DNA of 39,189 nucleotides from an uncultured Flavobacteriales bacterium (GTDB taxonomy: Bacteria; Bacteroidota; Bacteroidia; Flavobacteriales_D; Sanyastnellaceae): NCBI GenBank assembly GCA_938092195.1, contig CALKHD010000201.1, positions 1 through 39,189 on the forward strand, in the 5' to 3' direction. This document shows positions 10,106-18,900 of the stretch, piece after piece. The notes under the pieces are model-generated. The model ran no database searches. It was not told the origin of the DNA and was given only the letters and a program-made list of their open reading frames with translations. The position numbers and the translations under genes are program-made. Within the stretch, counting starts at the first letter, position 1. Each line of letters opens with the position of its first letter.

Positions 10106-10710
10106 CCATTGGGCTCTACTTTGGGTCGTTCAACCCCATTCACACCGGGCACCTTGTGATTGCTCAGCACATGGTTTCTCACCATGGATTGGATGAGGTT
10201 TGGTTTGTTGTGACCCCCCACAACCCCATGAAGCAGGCCTCTGACTTGGCGCCCGAGGCCGATCGTTTGGAAATGGTTCAGCTGGCATTGGCCGACAATC
10301 CTCGGCTCAAAGCCCAAGATGTGGAGTTTGGCTTGCCAAGGCCCAACTACACGGCTCACACCATGGACTTCTTGGCCAAGCGCCACCCCGATAAAACGTT
10401 TCGAATCATCATTGGCGAGGACAACTTGCGCACCCTTCAGCAGTGGGCGAGGTGGCGCGAATTGGTGGATCGATTTGGATTTTTGGTCTACCCCCGGGCA
10501 TACGCCGATGGAGAGAAGCGGGATCTGGAGGGAACCATCGCCATTGATGGGGAGCACATTGTATTGAGCCCTGCTCCCATCATCAGCATCTCGAGCACGT
10601 ATTTGCGCAATGCCCTCGCCGCGGGGGATTCAGCCCGGTACTTGTTGCCCGATGAGGCTGCCGAAGTCATTCGAGACAAGGGGCTTTACGCCTTTCCAAA
10701 AGGGTCTTAG
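10102..10710 (+). CDS. nadD: nicotinate-nucleotide adenylyltransferase
   Basis: GSFNPIHTGHL (H-x-G-H) and ISSTYLR (ISST) motifs. ATGA overlap with gmk. Confidence 0.92.
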   Translation: MTIGLYFGSFNPIHTGHLVIAQHMVSHHGLDEVWFVVTPHNPMKQASDLAPEADRLEMVQLALADNPRLKAQDVEFGLPRPNYTAHTMDFLAKRHPDKTFRIIIGEDNLRTLQQWARWRELVDRFGFLVYPRAYADGEKRDLEGTIAIDGEHIVLSPAPIISISSTYLRNALAAGDSARYLLPDEAAEVIRDKGLYAFPKGS

Positions 10711-10732
10711 TCGGGCCTGCTTCAGGCGCAAG

Positions 10733-11296
10733 TCAGGTGTTGTTGAACTGATTCATGGTGCGTTGAAGCCCGATGAAGGCAAAGGACTTCATGAGGTCCA
10801 CCACTTTGCCAAGTCGCTCCGGCAGGGCCTTTTCCTCTTCAGGAGAAAATGAGCCCAGAACATGGTCCACCTGCCGTCCCGGACCAAAGTCAGCCCCCAC
10901 ACCAAACCTCAGCCTCGGGTAAGCGGAATTTCCGAGAACAGCTTGAATGTCTTTGAGTCCATTGTGGCCGCCGTCGTTGCCCTTGGCCCGCAAGCGAAGC
11001 GTACCGAAGGGAAGGTTGATGTCGTCGGTCACAATGAGCATTCGATCGGCCGAAAGCTTCTCTGCATCCAACCAATGGCGGACAGACTTTCCGCTGAGGT
11101 TCATGAAAGTCGAGGGCTTCACCAGGATGAGTTGTCTCCCGCGATGCTTCATGCGGGCCACGTCACCGAGGCGGTCTGCCTTGAAGGCCACCCCCCCATC
11201 TTTGGCCAAGGCATCCAAGGCCATGAACCCAATGTTGTGGCGGGTCTGAACGTAATCGGCCCCGGGGTTACCGAGGCCGATCAACAAAAATTTCAT
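10733..11296 (-). CDS. pth: peptidyl-tRNA hydrolase
   Basis: MKFLLIGLGNPGADYVQTRHNIGF and GGHNGLKDI motifs. Last gene of the conserved prs-rplY-pth order. Confidence 0.95.
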   Translation of the reverse strand: MKFLLIGLGNPGADYVQTRHNIGFMALDALAKDGGVAFKADRLGDVARMKHRGRQLILVKPSTFMNLSGKSVRHWLDAEKLSADRMLIVTDDINLPFGTLRLRAKGNDGGHNGLKDIQAVLGNSAYPRLRFGVGADFGPGRQVDHVLGSFSPEEEKALPERLGKVVDLMKSFAFIGLQRTMNQFNNT

Positions 11297-11305
11297 GCGG
11301 TTGGA

Positions 11306-11932
11306 TTACTCCTCCGTAGAAGCTGCCTCAGCACCTTCTGCTGCCACAGCACCTTCTTCACCTCCCTCATCGGAGGCTGCAGACATCGCCGCACGTGTGC
11401 GACGGATGCCAAGAACAACAGCGGATTCATTCAAAGGAATTGTGCAGCCCTCGACTTCGAGGTCGGACACACGGATGGAGTCTCCAATCTCCAAATCGCT
11501 GATGTTCACCATCACGCTTTCTGGAATGTTCTTGGCGATTCCAACCACGGGAAGGCGGCGGTAAACCACATGGAGACGTCCTCCGTTCCGAACACCTTCG
11601 CTGGTGCCTTCGGTGCCGATGGGCAGCTTCACCCGGATGGGCTTGTCCTGAGACACTTGAAGCAAGTCAAGGTGAACGATTCGGTCTGTGACCGGGTGGA
11701 ACTGAATGTCTTGAATCACGCAGTCGCTCGTGGTTCCGCCCACCTCAAATTGAAGGAGGTATGTGTCGGAGGTAAAGACGACTTTGTTCAGTTGGACTTC
11801 GTTCACGTGAAAGTGAACCTGCTCGGACCCACCGTACAACACGCCGGGGACTTGTCCCTTGGCGCGCAATTCGGTCGCGTCCTTCTTCCCTACGCCCTCT
11901 CTGGGAGAGCCGCTCAATGAGGCAGTTTTCAT
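11306..11932 (-). CDS. rplY: 50S ribosomal protein L25 / general stress protein Ctc
   Basis: 208 aa. N-terminal LRAKGQVPGVLYGG and an acidic/Ala-rich tail are typical of the long Ctc form. 9-nt gaps to prs and pth. Confidence 0.92.
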   Translation of the reverse strand: MKTASLSGSPREGVGKKDATELRAKGQVPGVLYGGSEQVHFHVNEVQLNKVVFTSDTYLLQFEVGGTTSDCVIQDIQFHPVTDRIVHLDLLQVSQDKPIRVKLPIGTEGTSEGVRNGGRLHVVYRRLPVVGIAKNIPESVMVNISDLEIGDSIRVSDLEVEGCTIPLNESAVVLGIRRTRAAMSAASDEGGEEGAVAAEGAEAASTEE

Positions 11933-11941
11933 GGTTATGTA

Positions 11942-12886
11942 TTAAGTAATGAGGAAATGCGAACTGATGCTTTCGTTTTGGACCAGACACCGGATGACGG
12001 TGGCAAACAGGTCCGAAGAACCCAGCACGGTAATTTTTTCATGGGGCTTGTCGGCACGCAGCGGAATGCTGTCGGTAACCACAAGCTCAGTCAAGGCGCT
12101 GTCCTGGATCCGCTCGTAAGCAGGTCCCGACAGAACCGGATGTGTACAAACGGCACGGACACTGGCAGCGCCATGGTCTTTCATCATTCCCGCAGCTTTG
12201 GTCAAGGTGCCTGCTGTGTCGCAGATGTCATCCACCAAAACCACATCCTTTCCTTCCACGTCACCGATGACGCGCATGCTGGCGACTTCGTTGGCGACTT
12301 TGCGCTGCTTGTAGCAGATGGCCATGTCCACACCCAAGTACTTGGCGAAGGCATTGGCCCTTTTGGTGCCGCCGGTGTCTGGTGTGGCGATGAGGAGGTT
12401 GTCCGTTTTCATCTGCTCCAGATAGGGCAGGAAAACAGCCGAACCATAAATGTGGTCAACGGGAACTTCGAAGAATCCTTGAATCTGGTCGGCGTGCAAA
12501 TCCATGGTGATCACCCTGTCGACCCCTGCAGCGGTCAACATGTTGGCAATCAACTTTGCGCCAATGGCCACCCTCGGTGCGTCTTTGCGATCCTGTCTTG
12601 CGAAACCGAAATAGGGAATCACAGCTACGATGCGCTTGGCGGAAGCCCGCTTGGCGGCATCGATGAGCATCAACAACTCCATCAGGTTGTCCGAAGGAGG
12701 AAAGGTGCTTTGGACAATCACCACTTCTTTTCCTCTAACGGTCTCCTCAATGCTGACCCGGAATTCTCCGTCGCTGAACACCGTGTGCTTGACCGCACAA
12801 AGGGGTGTTCCGTATTCCATCGCAATGCGGCCCCCCAAATCAAGAGAGGCAGATCCAGCAAGAATGCGAATGGGAGAATCGTGCAT
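11942..12886 (-). CDS. prs: ribose-phosphate pyrophosphokinase
   Basis: Motifs FSDGE, IPYFGFARQDRK and DLHADQIQGFF, plus the PRPP loop VLVDDICDTAGT. Start chosen at ATG 12886 (MHDSPIRILAGSAS). The 12937 start adds 17 non-conserved residues and leaves only 19 nt to the divergent kinase gene. Confidence 0.94.
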   Translation of the reverse strand: MHDSPIRILAGSASLDLGGRIAMEYGTPLCAVKHTVFSDGEFRVSIEETVRGKEVVIVQSTFPPSDNLMELLMLIDAAKRASAKRIVAVIPYFGFARQDRKDAPRVAIGAKLIANMLTAAGVDRVITMDLHADQIQGFFEVPVDHIYGSAVFLPYLEQMKTDNLLIATPDTGGTKRANAFAKYLGVDMAICYKQRKVANEVASMRVIGDVEGKDVVLVDDICDTAGTLTKAAGMMKDHGAASVRAVCTHPVLSGPAYERIQDSALTELVVTDSIPLRADKPHEKITVLGSSDLFATVIRCLVQNESISSHFLIT

Positions 12887-12956
12887 AAAGGCGCTTTTAA
12901 CGGGGGCAAAGATAGTTCGGGAGTCTTTGCGAAGCATCCCCCTGTAATTTTACATC

Positions 12957-14276
12957 ATGAAACAGCGACGCACTTTGTTTCTCGTTGTGGGCATGGGGGG
13001 CCTCCTCATGGGCCTATTGACCATGCAATTCAGCTGGGTCCGGGCATTGGTAGAGGCCAGGAGTTCCTTGTTCGACGAGCAGGCGCGAACCGCTTTGGTG
13101 GAGGTTCAATCGGTCCTAACGATCACAGGGGCCACCTTCCCTTCCGCTCTGTCGCCGGGGATATCGCCAGTTTCGGGTCCCCGAGCTGACAGCCTGGCGG
13201 AGGTGAGGGCAGAAGCAGCCATGGCGCGTGAAGACGCCATGCTCGTTGCCGACAGCGTGCTCACCCTTGTTCTGAAGAACCGAGACATTGACTTTCGGTT
13301 TCGGTCGGCTTTGTTGGACAGGTATGGCCGCCCCATTTTTTTGAGGGATGATGATGTGGACCGGTTGGAGTCGTTTCAGGATGAAGGATATCGGATTGCA
13401 GCAGGCGATGCGCAAAGCTTGGAGGATGTTCAGCTGTACACGGTTTTCTTCCCCCGAAGAAATTTGGTGTTGGCAGGAGACATGTGGCTGGAGCTGACCG
13501 TCAACCTGCTTCTGATGGTGGTCCTGCTCTTCTTCACCGTCTATGCTGCGTCGGGCCTTCGAAAGGCGGAAAGATTGAACCGGCTCAAGAGCGACCTCAT
13601 CAACAACATGACGCACGAGCTCAAAACCCCCATCTCCACCATTGGGTTGGCGGGAGAAGCACTGCTCGACCCCGCCATGGCAAGCGATGCTGAAAACGTG
13701 AGGTATTACGTTCAGTTGATCCGTTCCGAAAACAAACGCCTGGGCCAACTCGTGGAAAACGTGCTGAGGGCGGCCATGTTGGACCAAGGAGAGATCGAGC
13801 TGTTCCGCCAGACCATCAACTTTCACGACTTGATCAGAGACGTGCTGCGGAATCACGCCATCCACATCAAAAAGCAAGGTGGAAGCACAGCCAGTCAGCT
13901 GTCGGCCAACGACCCGTTGGTTCATGGAGACAAGACCCACTTGACGAATGTGGTCTTCAACCTGGTGGACAATGCCATCAAGTATGGAGGGGACTCCCCG
14001 AAACTCACGGTTCGCTCTTGGAATGAGTCAGGAATGTTGCACGTGGCATTCACCGATAACGGAATTGGAATCGCCAAAGAGCATTTGGGCAAGGTTTTTG
14101 ATAAGCTCTATCGTGTCCCCACCGGGAATGTTCACGATGTCAAGGGCTTTGGCCTTGGTTTGAGCTACGTTCATGCAGTCATGGCGCAACACTCAGGCAA
14201 AATTGGCGTTGTGAGTATACCCGGCAAGGGCAGCACATTCACCTTGGTTTTGCCCCAAAAGACGACAGTGTCATGA
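12957..14276 (+). CDS. sensor histidine kinase
   Basis: Two predicted TM segments flank a roughly 150-aa extracytoplasmic region. H-box HELKTPIS, N-box NLVDNAIKYG, G1 DNGIGI, G2 GFGLGLS. Confidence 0.9.
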   Translation: MKQRRTLFLVVGMGGLLMGLLTMQFSWVRALVEARSSLFDEQARTALVEVQSVLTITGATFPSALSPGISPVSGPRADSLAEVRAEAAMAREDAMLVADSVLTLVLKNRDIDFRFRSALLDRYGRPIFLRDDDVDRLESFQDEGYRIAAGDAQSLEDVQLYTVFFPRRNLVLAGDMWLELTVNLLLMVVLLFFTVYAASGLRKAERLNRLKSDLINNMTHELKTPISTIGLAGEALLDPAMASDAENVRYYVQLIRSENKRLGQLVENVLRAAMLDQGEIELFRQTINFHDLIRDVLRNHAIHIKKQGGSTASQLSANDPLVHGDKTHLTNVVFNLVDNAIKYGGDSPKLTVRSWNESGMLHVAFTDNGIGIAKEHLGKVFDKLYRVPTGNVHDVKGFGLGLSYVHAVMAQHSGKIGVVSIPGKGSTFTLVLPQKTTVS

Positions 14277-14968
14277 AACAACAACTCGACATCCTTCTCT
14301 GTGAAGACGACCCCAATCTCGGTAAACTTCTGTCCGACTTTCTGAATCGGAAAGGCTACAACGCCACCTGGGCTCAGGATGGAGCCGAAGGGGTGAGACA
14401 GTTTCGCGTGGGTTCGTATGACTTTGTGATCCTCGACGTCATGATGCCCGTCAAGGACGGCTATCAAGTGGCCGAAGAGATTCGCGGGTTGAATCGCCAC
14501 GTGCCCATCCTGTTCTTGACGGCCAAGAGCCAGAGAGAAGACACCCTGCAAGGGTTCAAGGTTGGTGCAGATGATTACATGACCAAGCCGTTCTCCATGG
14601 ACGAGTTGGAAATGCGAATCGAGGCCATTCTTCGGCGTTCAGCGGCATTGCCCGACACGGAAGACGAAGTGGAAGAGCTCACCATCGGCCTCTATGCTTA
14701 CGATTACAACCGCCAGGAATTGCGGGTGAATGATCAGGCGCAGCGTTTGACCACCAAGGAAAACGAACTGCTCTTTTTGTTGACCAAGTCTAAAAACGCG
14801 CTTCTGGAGCGGGACTTTGCCTTGAACGCGATTTGGGGTGACGCCAACTACTTCAATGGACGCAGCATGGATGTGTACATCGCGAAATTGCGAAAACACC
14901 TGAAGGAGGATTCACGCGTGGAAATTTTGAATGTCCACGGCAAAGGCTTCAAGCTGATTGCCGACTGA
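14273..14968 (+). CDS. OmpR/PhoB-family response regulator
   Basis: Receiver domain (LLCEDD, ILDVMMP, LTAK, DDYMTKPF) plus a winged-helix output domain (LTTKENELLFLL..., VHGKGFKL). ATGA overlap with the kinase. Confidence 0.93.
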   Translation: MKQQLDILLCEDDPNLGKLLSDFLNRKGYNATWAQDGAEGVRQFRVGSYDFVILDVMMPVKDGYQVAEEIRGLNRHVPILFLTAKSQREDTLQGFKVGADDYMTKPFSMDELEMRIEAILRRSAALPDTEDEVEELTIGLYAYDYNRQELRVNDQAQRLTTKENELLFLLTKSKNALLERDFALNAIWGDANYFNGRSMDVYIAKLRKHLKEDSRVEILNVHGKGFKLIAD

Positions 14969-15038
14969 ATTTTGAGGGAGCGAAACCGCGAAAAGGACCA
15001 AGGAGAAGTCCTATCTTGTTTCTCCGTTTCGCGCTCGC

Positions 15039-17075
15039 ATGATTCCCAAGGACACAGTAGACGCCATCCTTCAGGCCACCATCATTGAAGATGTGGTCTC
15101 GGAGTTCGTTCAGCTCAAAAAGAACGGAACGAGCCTTCGTGGGATGAGCCCATTTACAAACGAGAAGACCCCCTCGTTTTATGTGGTTCCCGGAAAGGGC
15201 ATGTTCAAGGATTTCAGCTCGGGCAAGGGTGGAAGTGCTGTGACCTTCCTCATGGAGCACGAAAAGCTGTCGTACCCTGAGGCCCTGCGCTGGCTGGCTC
15301 GGAAGTATGGAATCGAGATTCAAGAGCGCCAGCTAACGGCAGAAGAGCAGGCCGAGCAGACAGAACGAGAGAGCCTCTCCAACTTGGCCACTTGGGCACA
15401 GAAATGGTTCACGTCTCAGCTCTTGGAGACGGGCGAAGGAAAAAGCGTAGGGCTCGGCTACCTCCGAAATAGGGACTTTACAGACGCGACACTGCAAGAT
15501 TTTGCCGTGGGCTATTGCCCTGAACGTCCATGGTCCGAGGAAGGAGCGCTGGCAGAGGCCGCGAAAAAAGCGGGCTACCAGGAAAAGTGGTTGCTGTCGA
15601 GTGGACTCTGCAGGAAACGTGACGACAACAGCCTCTATGATTTCTACCGCGGCCGGGTGATTTTCCCGATCCGCGACGTCACCGGCCGCTTCATTGGCTT
15701 TGGTGGCCGGACGCTCAAGACCGACAAGAAGGCGCCGAAGTACGTCAACAGCCCAGAAAGTCCCCTCTACGACAAGTCGCGGGCCCTTTACGGGATCCAT
15801 TTGTCCAGAAACGCCATTGTGCGGGAAGACCGGGCCATCCTCGTGGAAGGATACACCGACGTCATGGCCATGCGCCAAGCGGGGGTGGAAAACGTGGTGG
15901 CGAGTTCTGGAACCGCCTTGACAGTGGAGCAGGTGCGTCTGTTGCGGCGGTTCAGCAAGAGGATGACCATGCTGTTTGATGGTGATCCCGCTGGATTGAG
16001 GGCAGCCATACGCGGTGTTGACATCGTTTTGGGGGAAGGCATGGACGTCAAGGTGGCGGTGTTGCCCGACGGAGAAGACCCCGACACATTCGCCAAGCGC
16101 CTTGGAAAAGACGCCATGGTCGAGTGGTTGGCCGAGAACAGCCGCGACTTCATTCGATTCAAAATCGACCTCCTCGACAAGGAGGCTGCGGACGACCCCA
16201 TCAAGCGAACAGAATTGGTGCGGAGTGTGGTTCAGAGCATTGCTCAAGTCCCCGATGAGCTCAAAAGGACGGTTTATGTCCAAGAAAGCGCCGGCAGGTT
16301 GGGCATGCAGGTGGAAGACCTGTTGGCAGAGTTGGGCCGTCAAGCCGTGGCGCGTTTGGAAAAAGAAGCCAAGGCGCCACTGCCTTCGCTGGCCCCCAAA
16401 AAAGACGCCCCCATTGGGGCTCCGCGGCTGACCGGGCGTGTTGGGCGGTCGGGACGAGAGCAAGACCTTCTTCGGTTGTTGCTTCAGTATGGCCGGCATA
16501 AAATCACCATCGAAGTCCCTTCAGAAGAGGACGCCCCAGAAGGCGAGAATGAGGAGCCAATGACCATCGAGGGCACGCTGGCTGAATTCATGATCCACGA
16601 ATTGGACATGGTGGGGCTCGCCATTCGCCATCCCGTCGTGGACCGAATTGTGCAGCACTTCAGAGAGAGCATTGTGGCGGGTCACATCCCTGGACCTGAG
16701 GATTTGGGCATGAACGATCCAGAGGTGATTGAATTGACCGCAGATGTGCTGGTTTCTGAGTTCACCCTCAGCAAAAACTGGTTGGAACGCCATGGGATTG
16801 AGCCAGAAACAGAGGAGCAACAGCTCAAGCGGGCACTGGAGGGGGCACTGCATCGCTTGCTGCTCGACGAAGCACGTGGCGAAGGATACCGAATCAAGGC
16901 CCGATTGCAGGAGCTTTCAGAGGACCCGTCGACCTCAGAGGATCCGGCCTTAGAAGAGGTGGACTTGCTGCGCAGAAAAATGGGTGTGTCCAAGCGTGTG
17001 TCCAAGCTGGCCCTTCATTTCGAGAGCACCATCCTGCACAACCTGAGTGCAGAGGACGCAAAGAAACCCCGGTAA
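15039..17075 (+). CDS. dnaG: DNA primase
   Basis: 678 aa. Zinc-binding-domain homology (PFTNEKTPSF), RNA-polymerase core (GRVIFPI, GFGGR, KYVNSPE) and TOPRIM (VEGYTDV..., LFDGDPAG). The canonical Zn ligands are substituted (see findings). Confidence 0.93.
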   Translation: MIPKDTVDAILQATIIEDVVSEFVQLKKNGTSLRGMSPFTNEKTPSFYVVPGKGMFKDFSSGKGGSAVTFLMEHEKLSYPEALRWLARKYGIEIQERQLTAEEQAEQTERESLSNLATWAQKWFTSQLLETGEGKSVGLGYLRNRDFTDATLQDFAVGYCPERPWSEEGALAEAAKKAGYQEKWLLSSGLCRKRDDNSLYDFYRGRVIFPIRDVTGRFIGFGGRTLKTDKKAPKYVNSPESPLYDKSRALYGIHLSRNAIVREDRAILVEGYTDVMAMRQAGVENVVASSGTALTVEQVRLLRRFSKRMTMLFDGDPAGLRAAIRGVDIVLGEGMDVKVAVLPDGEDPDTFAKRLGKDAMVEWLAENSRDFIRFKIDLLDKEAADDPIKRTELVRSVVQSIAQVPDELKRTVYVQESAGRLGMQVEDLLAELGRQAVARLEKEAKAPLPSLAPKKDAPIGAPRLTGRVGRSGREQDLLRLLLQYGRHKITIEVPSEEDAPEGENEEPMTIEGTLAEFMIHELDMVGLAIRHPVVDRIVQHFRESIVAGHIPGPEDLGMNDPEVIELTADVLVSEFTLSKNWLERHGIEPETEEQQLKRALEGALHRLLLDEARGEGYRIKARLQELSEDPSTSEDPALEEVDLLRRKMGVSKRVSKLALHFESTILHNLSAEDAKKPR

Positions 17076-18800
17076 TCAGTCGGCCTCGCGACGTTGGGTC
17101 CAAAAGTCCAAGAGCGTGATTCTGGGCTGCAGCACACCACGGTAGAATTCGGTTTCTACCCGAAACACGACGTCCATTCGTTCTGCACTGGAGAGGGCCT
17201 CGTGGCGGTCCCCCATTCCGAATCCAACGGCATCCAAGGCGCGTGAGCCCGCCTTGGTTTTGATGGAAACCCGGACATGCCTGCCGTCTTTGCCCACTTT
17301 CTTTGGCGGATAGGCCAGGGCCACATCTCTGGCCAAAAACACAGGGGCGGGAGAACCGGGGCCAAACGGCTCAAACTGCCGAAGCTGAAGCATCAAGTCC
17401 GGGGTGCATTGCGCCACATTGATTTCCAAATCGAAGTGCCGGGGCTCTCTTTTGCTGGCCGCCTGCATTTCTCGCCCGACGGCGGCGTCGAGTTGTTGCG
17501 CGAACGCCAGCGCTGCACCGGGCTTAACGGTGATTCCAGCGGCCATGGCATGTCCACCGAACTGCAACAGGTGCTCGCTACATTCTTTGATCAATGCATG
17601 GATGTCCAGTCCTGTGGTGGAGCGAGCACTGCCCACCATGACACCATCATCGTCACTGATGACAATGCTGGGTCGGTATCGGTGCTCGATCAACCTGGTG
17701 GCCACAATGCCAATGACACCGCGGTGCCAATCCTTGCCCCATACGATGTTGACGTGCTTGAATTCATCGCGCTCCTCCAGCTGTTGTATGGCCGCTTGTG
17801 TGACCTGCTCGTCATAAGAGCGCCGCACATTGTTCAGTCGGTCCAGGTTGAGGGCAAGTTCATTGGCCTGCGCTTCATTTGGAGCTGTCAATAGGTTCAC
17901 CGCTTCGGTGGCCCGAGCCATGCGCCCAGCGGCATTGATTCGAGGACTGACGCGGGAGATGATGTCACGCACGGTCAGGAAGTCAGGGTCACAACGGACC
18001 ACTTTCAGAAGTGCCTTGATTCCCGGCCTGGCGTTTCTCGATATGGTTCGAAGCCCGTGGTGCAACAGAATGCGATTCTCTTCGGTGACAGCGACCAAAT
18101 CCGAGGCAATGCTGAGTGCCACCAAGTCCAGGCCGTCGTAGGCGCTCATGGGAGAAAGGCCGAATCGGTCAGTGAGCGCTTGGGTGAGCTTGAATGCCAC
18201 GCCACATCCGCTCAATTCTTTGAATGGATATGGACAATGGGGTTGCTTGGGGTTCAGAATGGTGTGGGCAGCGGGCATCACCGGACCGGGCAGGTGGTGG
18301 TCGCAAATGATCACGTCGATTCCCTGTTGGGCTGCATCGTGCACCCGATCTACAGCACGGATGCCGCAGTCCAGCGTGATGATCAGTTTGCACCCTTGCT
18401 TGGCGGCGGTTTGAACGCCTTCTTCCGACAATCCGTAGCCCTCGTTGTATCGATCCGGGATGTAGGGCAACACATCAAACCCGTTGTTCTGAAGAAATTC
18501 TTGCACCAATGCGACCGAGGTGGCGCCGTCTACATCGTAATCCCCATAGGCCATGATTCGCTGCCCATCGCGCTGAGCTTGCATCAAGCGATCCACTGCT
18601 TGTTCCATGCCGTGCATCAGCAAGGGGTCGTGCAAGTCCTCCAGTTGAGGTTGGAAAAACGCGTCTGTTGAATGGGGGTCAATGCCACGCAACTCCAGCA
18701 TATGTGCAACCAAAGCCTCAGGACTGACGTTGCCTTCAAGGTCTTCCCGATCTCTTCGAGGTGACCAGTCTGCAGGAGGAACGTGTGGTTGACGGGTCAT
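17076..18800 (-). CDS. recJ: single-stranded-DNA-specific exonuclease RecJ
   Basis: DHH motifs (YGDYDVDGATS, ITLDCG, ICDHH) and DHHA1 (GGHAMAAG). True start taken as ATG 18800 (MTRQPHV...). The track ORF extension to 19496 is the Ser/Pro-rich antisense shadow of the next gene. Confidence 0.92.
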   Translation of the reverse strand: MTRQPHVPPADWSPRRDREDLEGNVSPEALVAHMLELRGIDPHSTDAFFQPQLEDLHDPLLMHGMEQAVDRLMQAQRDGQRIMAYGDYDVDGATSVALVQEFLQNNGFDVLPYIPDRYNEGYGLSEEGVQTAAKQGCKLIITLDCGIRAVDRVHDAAQQGIDVIICDHHLPGPVMPAAHTILNPKQPHCPYPFKELSGCGVAFKLTQALTDRFGLSPMSAYDGLDLVALSIASDLVAVTEENRILLHHGLRTISRNARPGIKALLKVVRCDPDFLTVRDIISRVSPRINAAGRMARATEAVNLLTAPNEAQANELALNLDRLNNVRRSYDEQVTQAAIQQLEERDEFKHVNIVWGKDWHRGVIGIVATRLIEHRYRPSIVISDDDGVMVGSARSTTGLDIHALIKECSEHLLQFGGHAMAAGITVKPGAALAFAQQLDAAVGREMQAASKREPRHFDLEINVAQCTPDLMLQLRQFEPFGPGSPAPVFLARDVALAYPPKKVGKDGRHVRVSIKTKAGSRALDAVGFGMGDRHEALSSAERMDVVFRVETEFYRGVLQPRITLLDFWTQRREAD

Positions 18801-18900
18801 GGATGTAGGGTCGCGGTGCGAGTGCTCGTGATTGTCCCTTAACAGAGGCCATTGAATCGGACCGAACTCCCTTAAATTGCGAAGCTTGAAAGATACAACG

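Noticed and set aside
10715-10727. Small hairpin GCCTG-CTT-CAGGC in the 22-nt gap between convergent nadD and pth, as a possible bidirectional terminator.
   Set aside because: It has only a 5-bp stem and no T-tract on either side, which is too weak to call.
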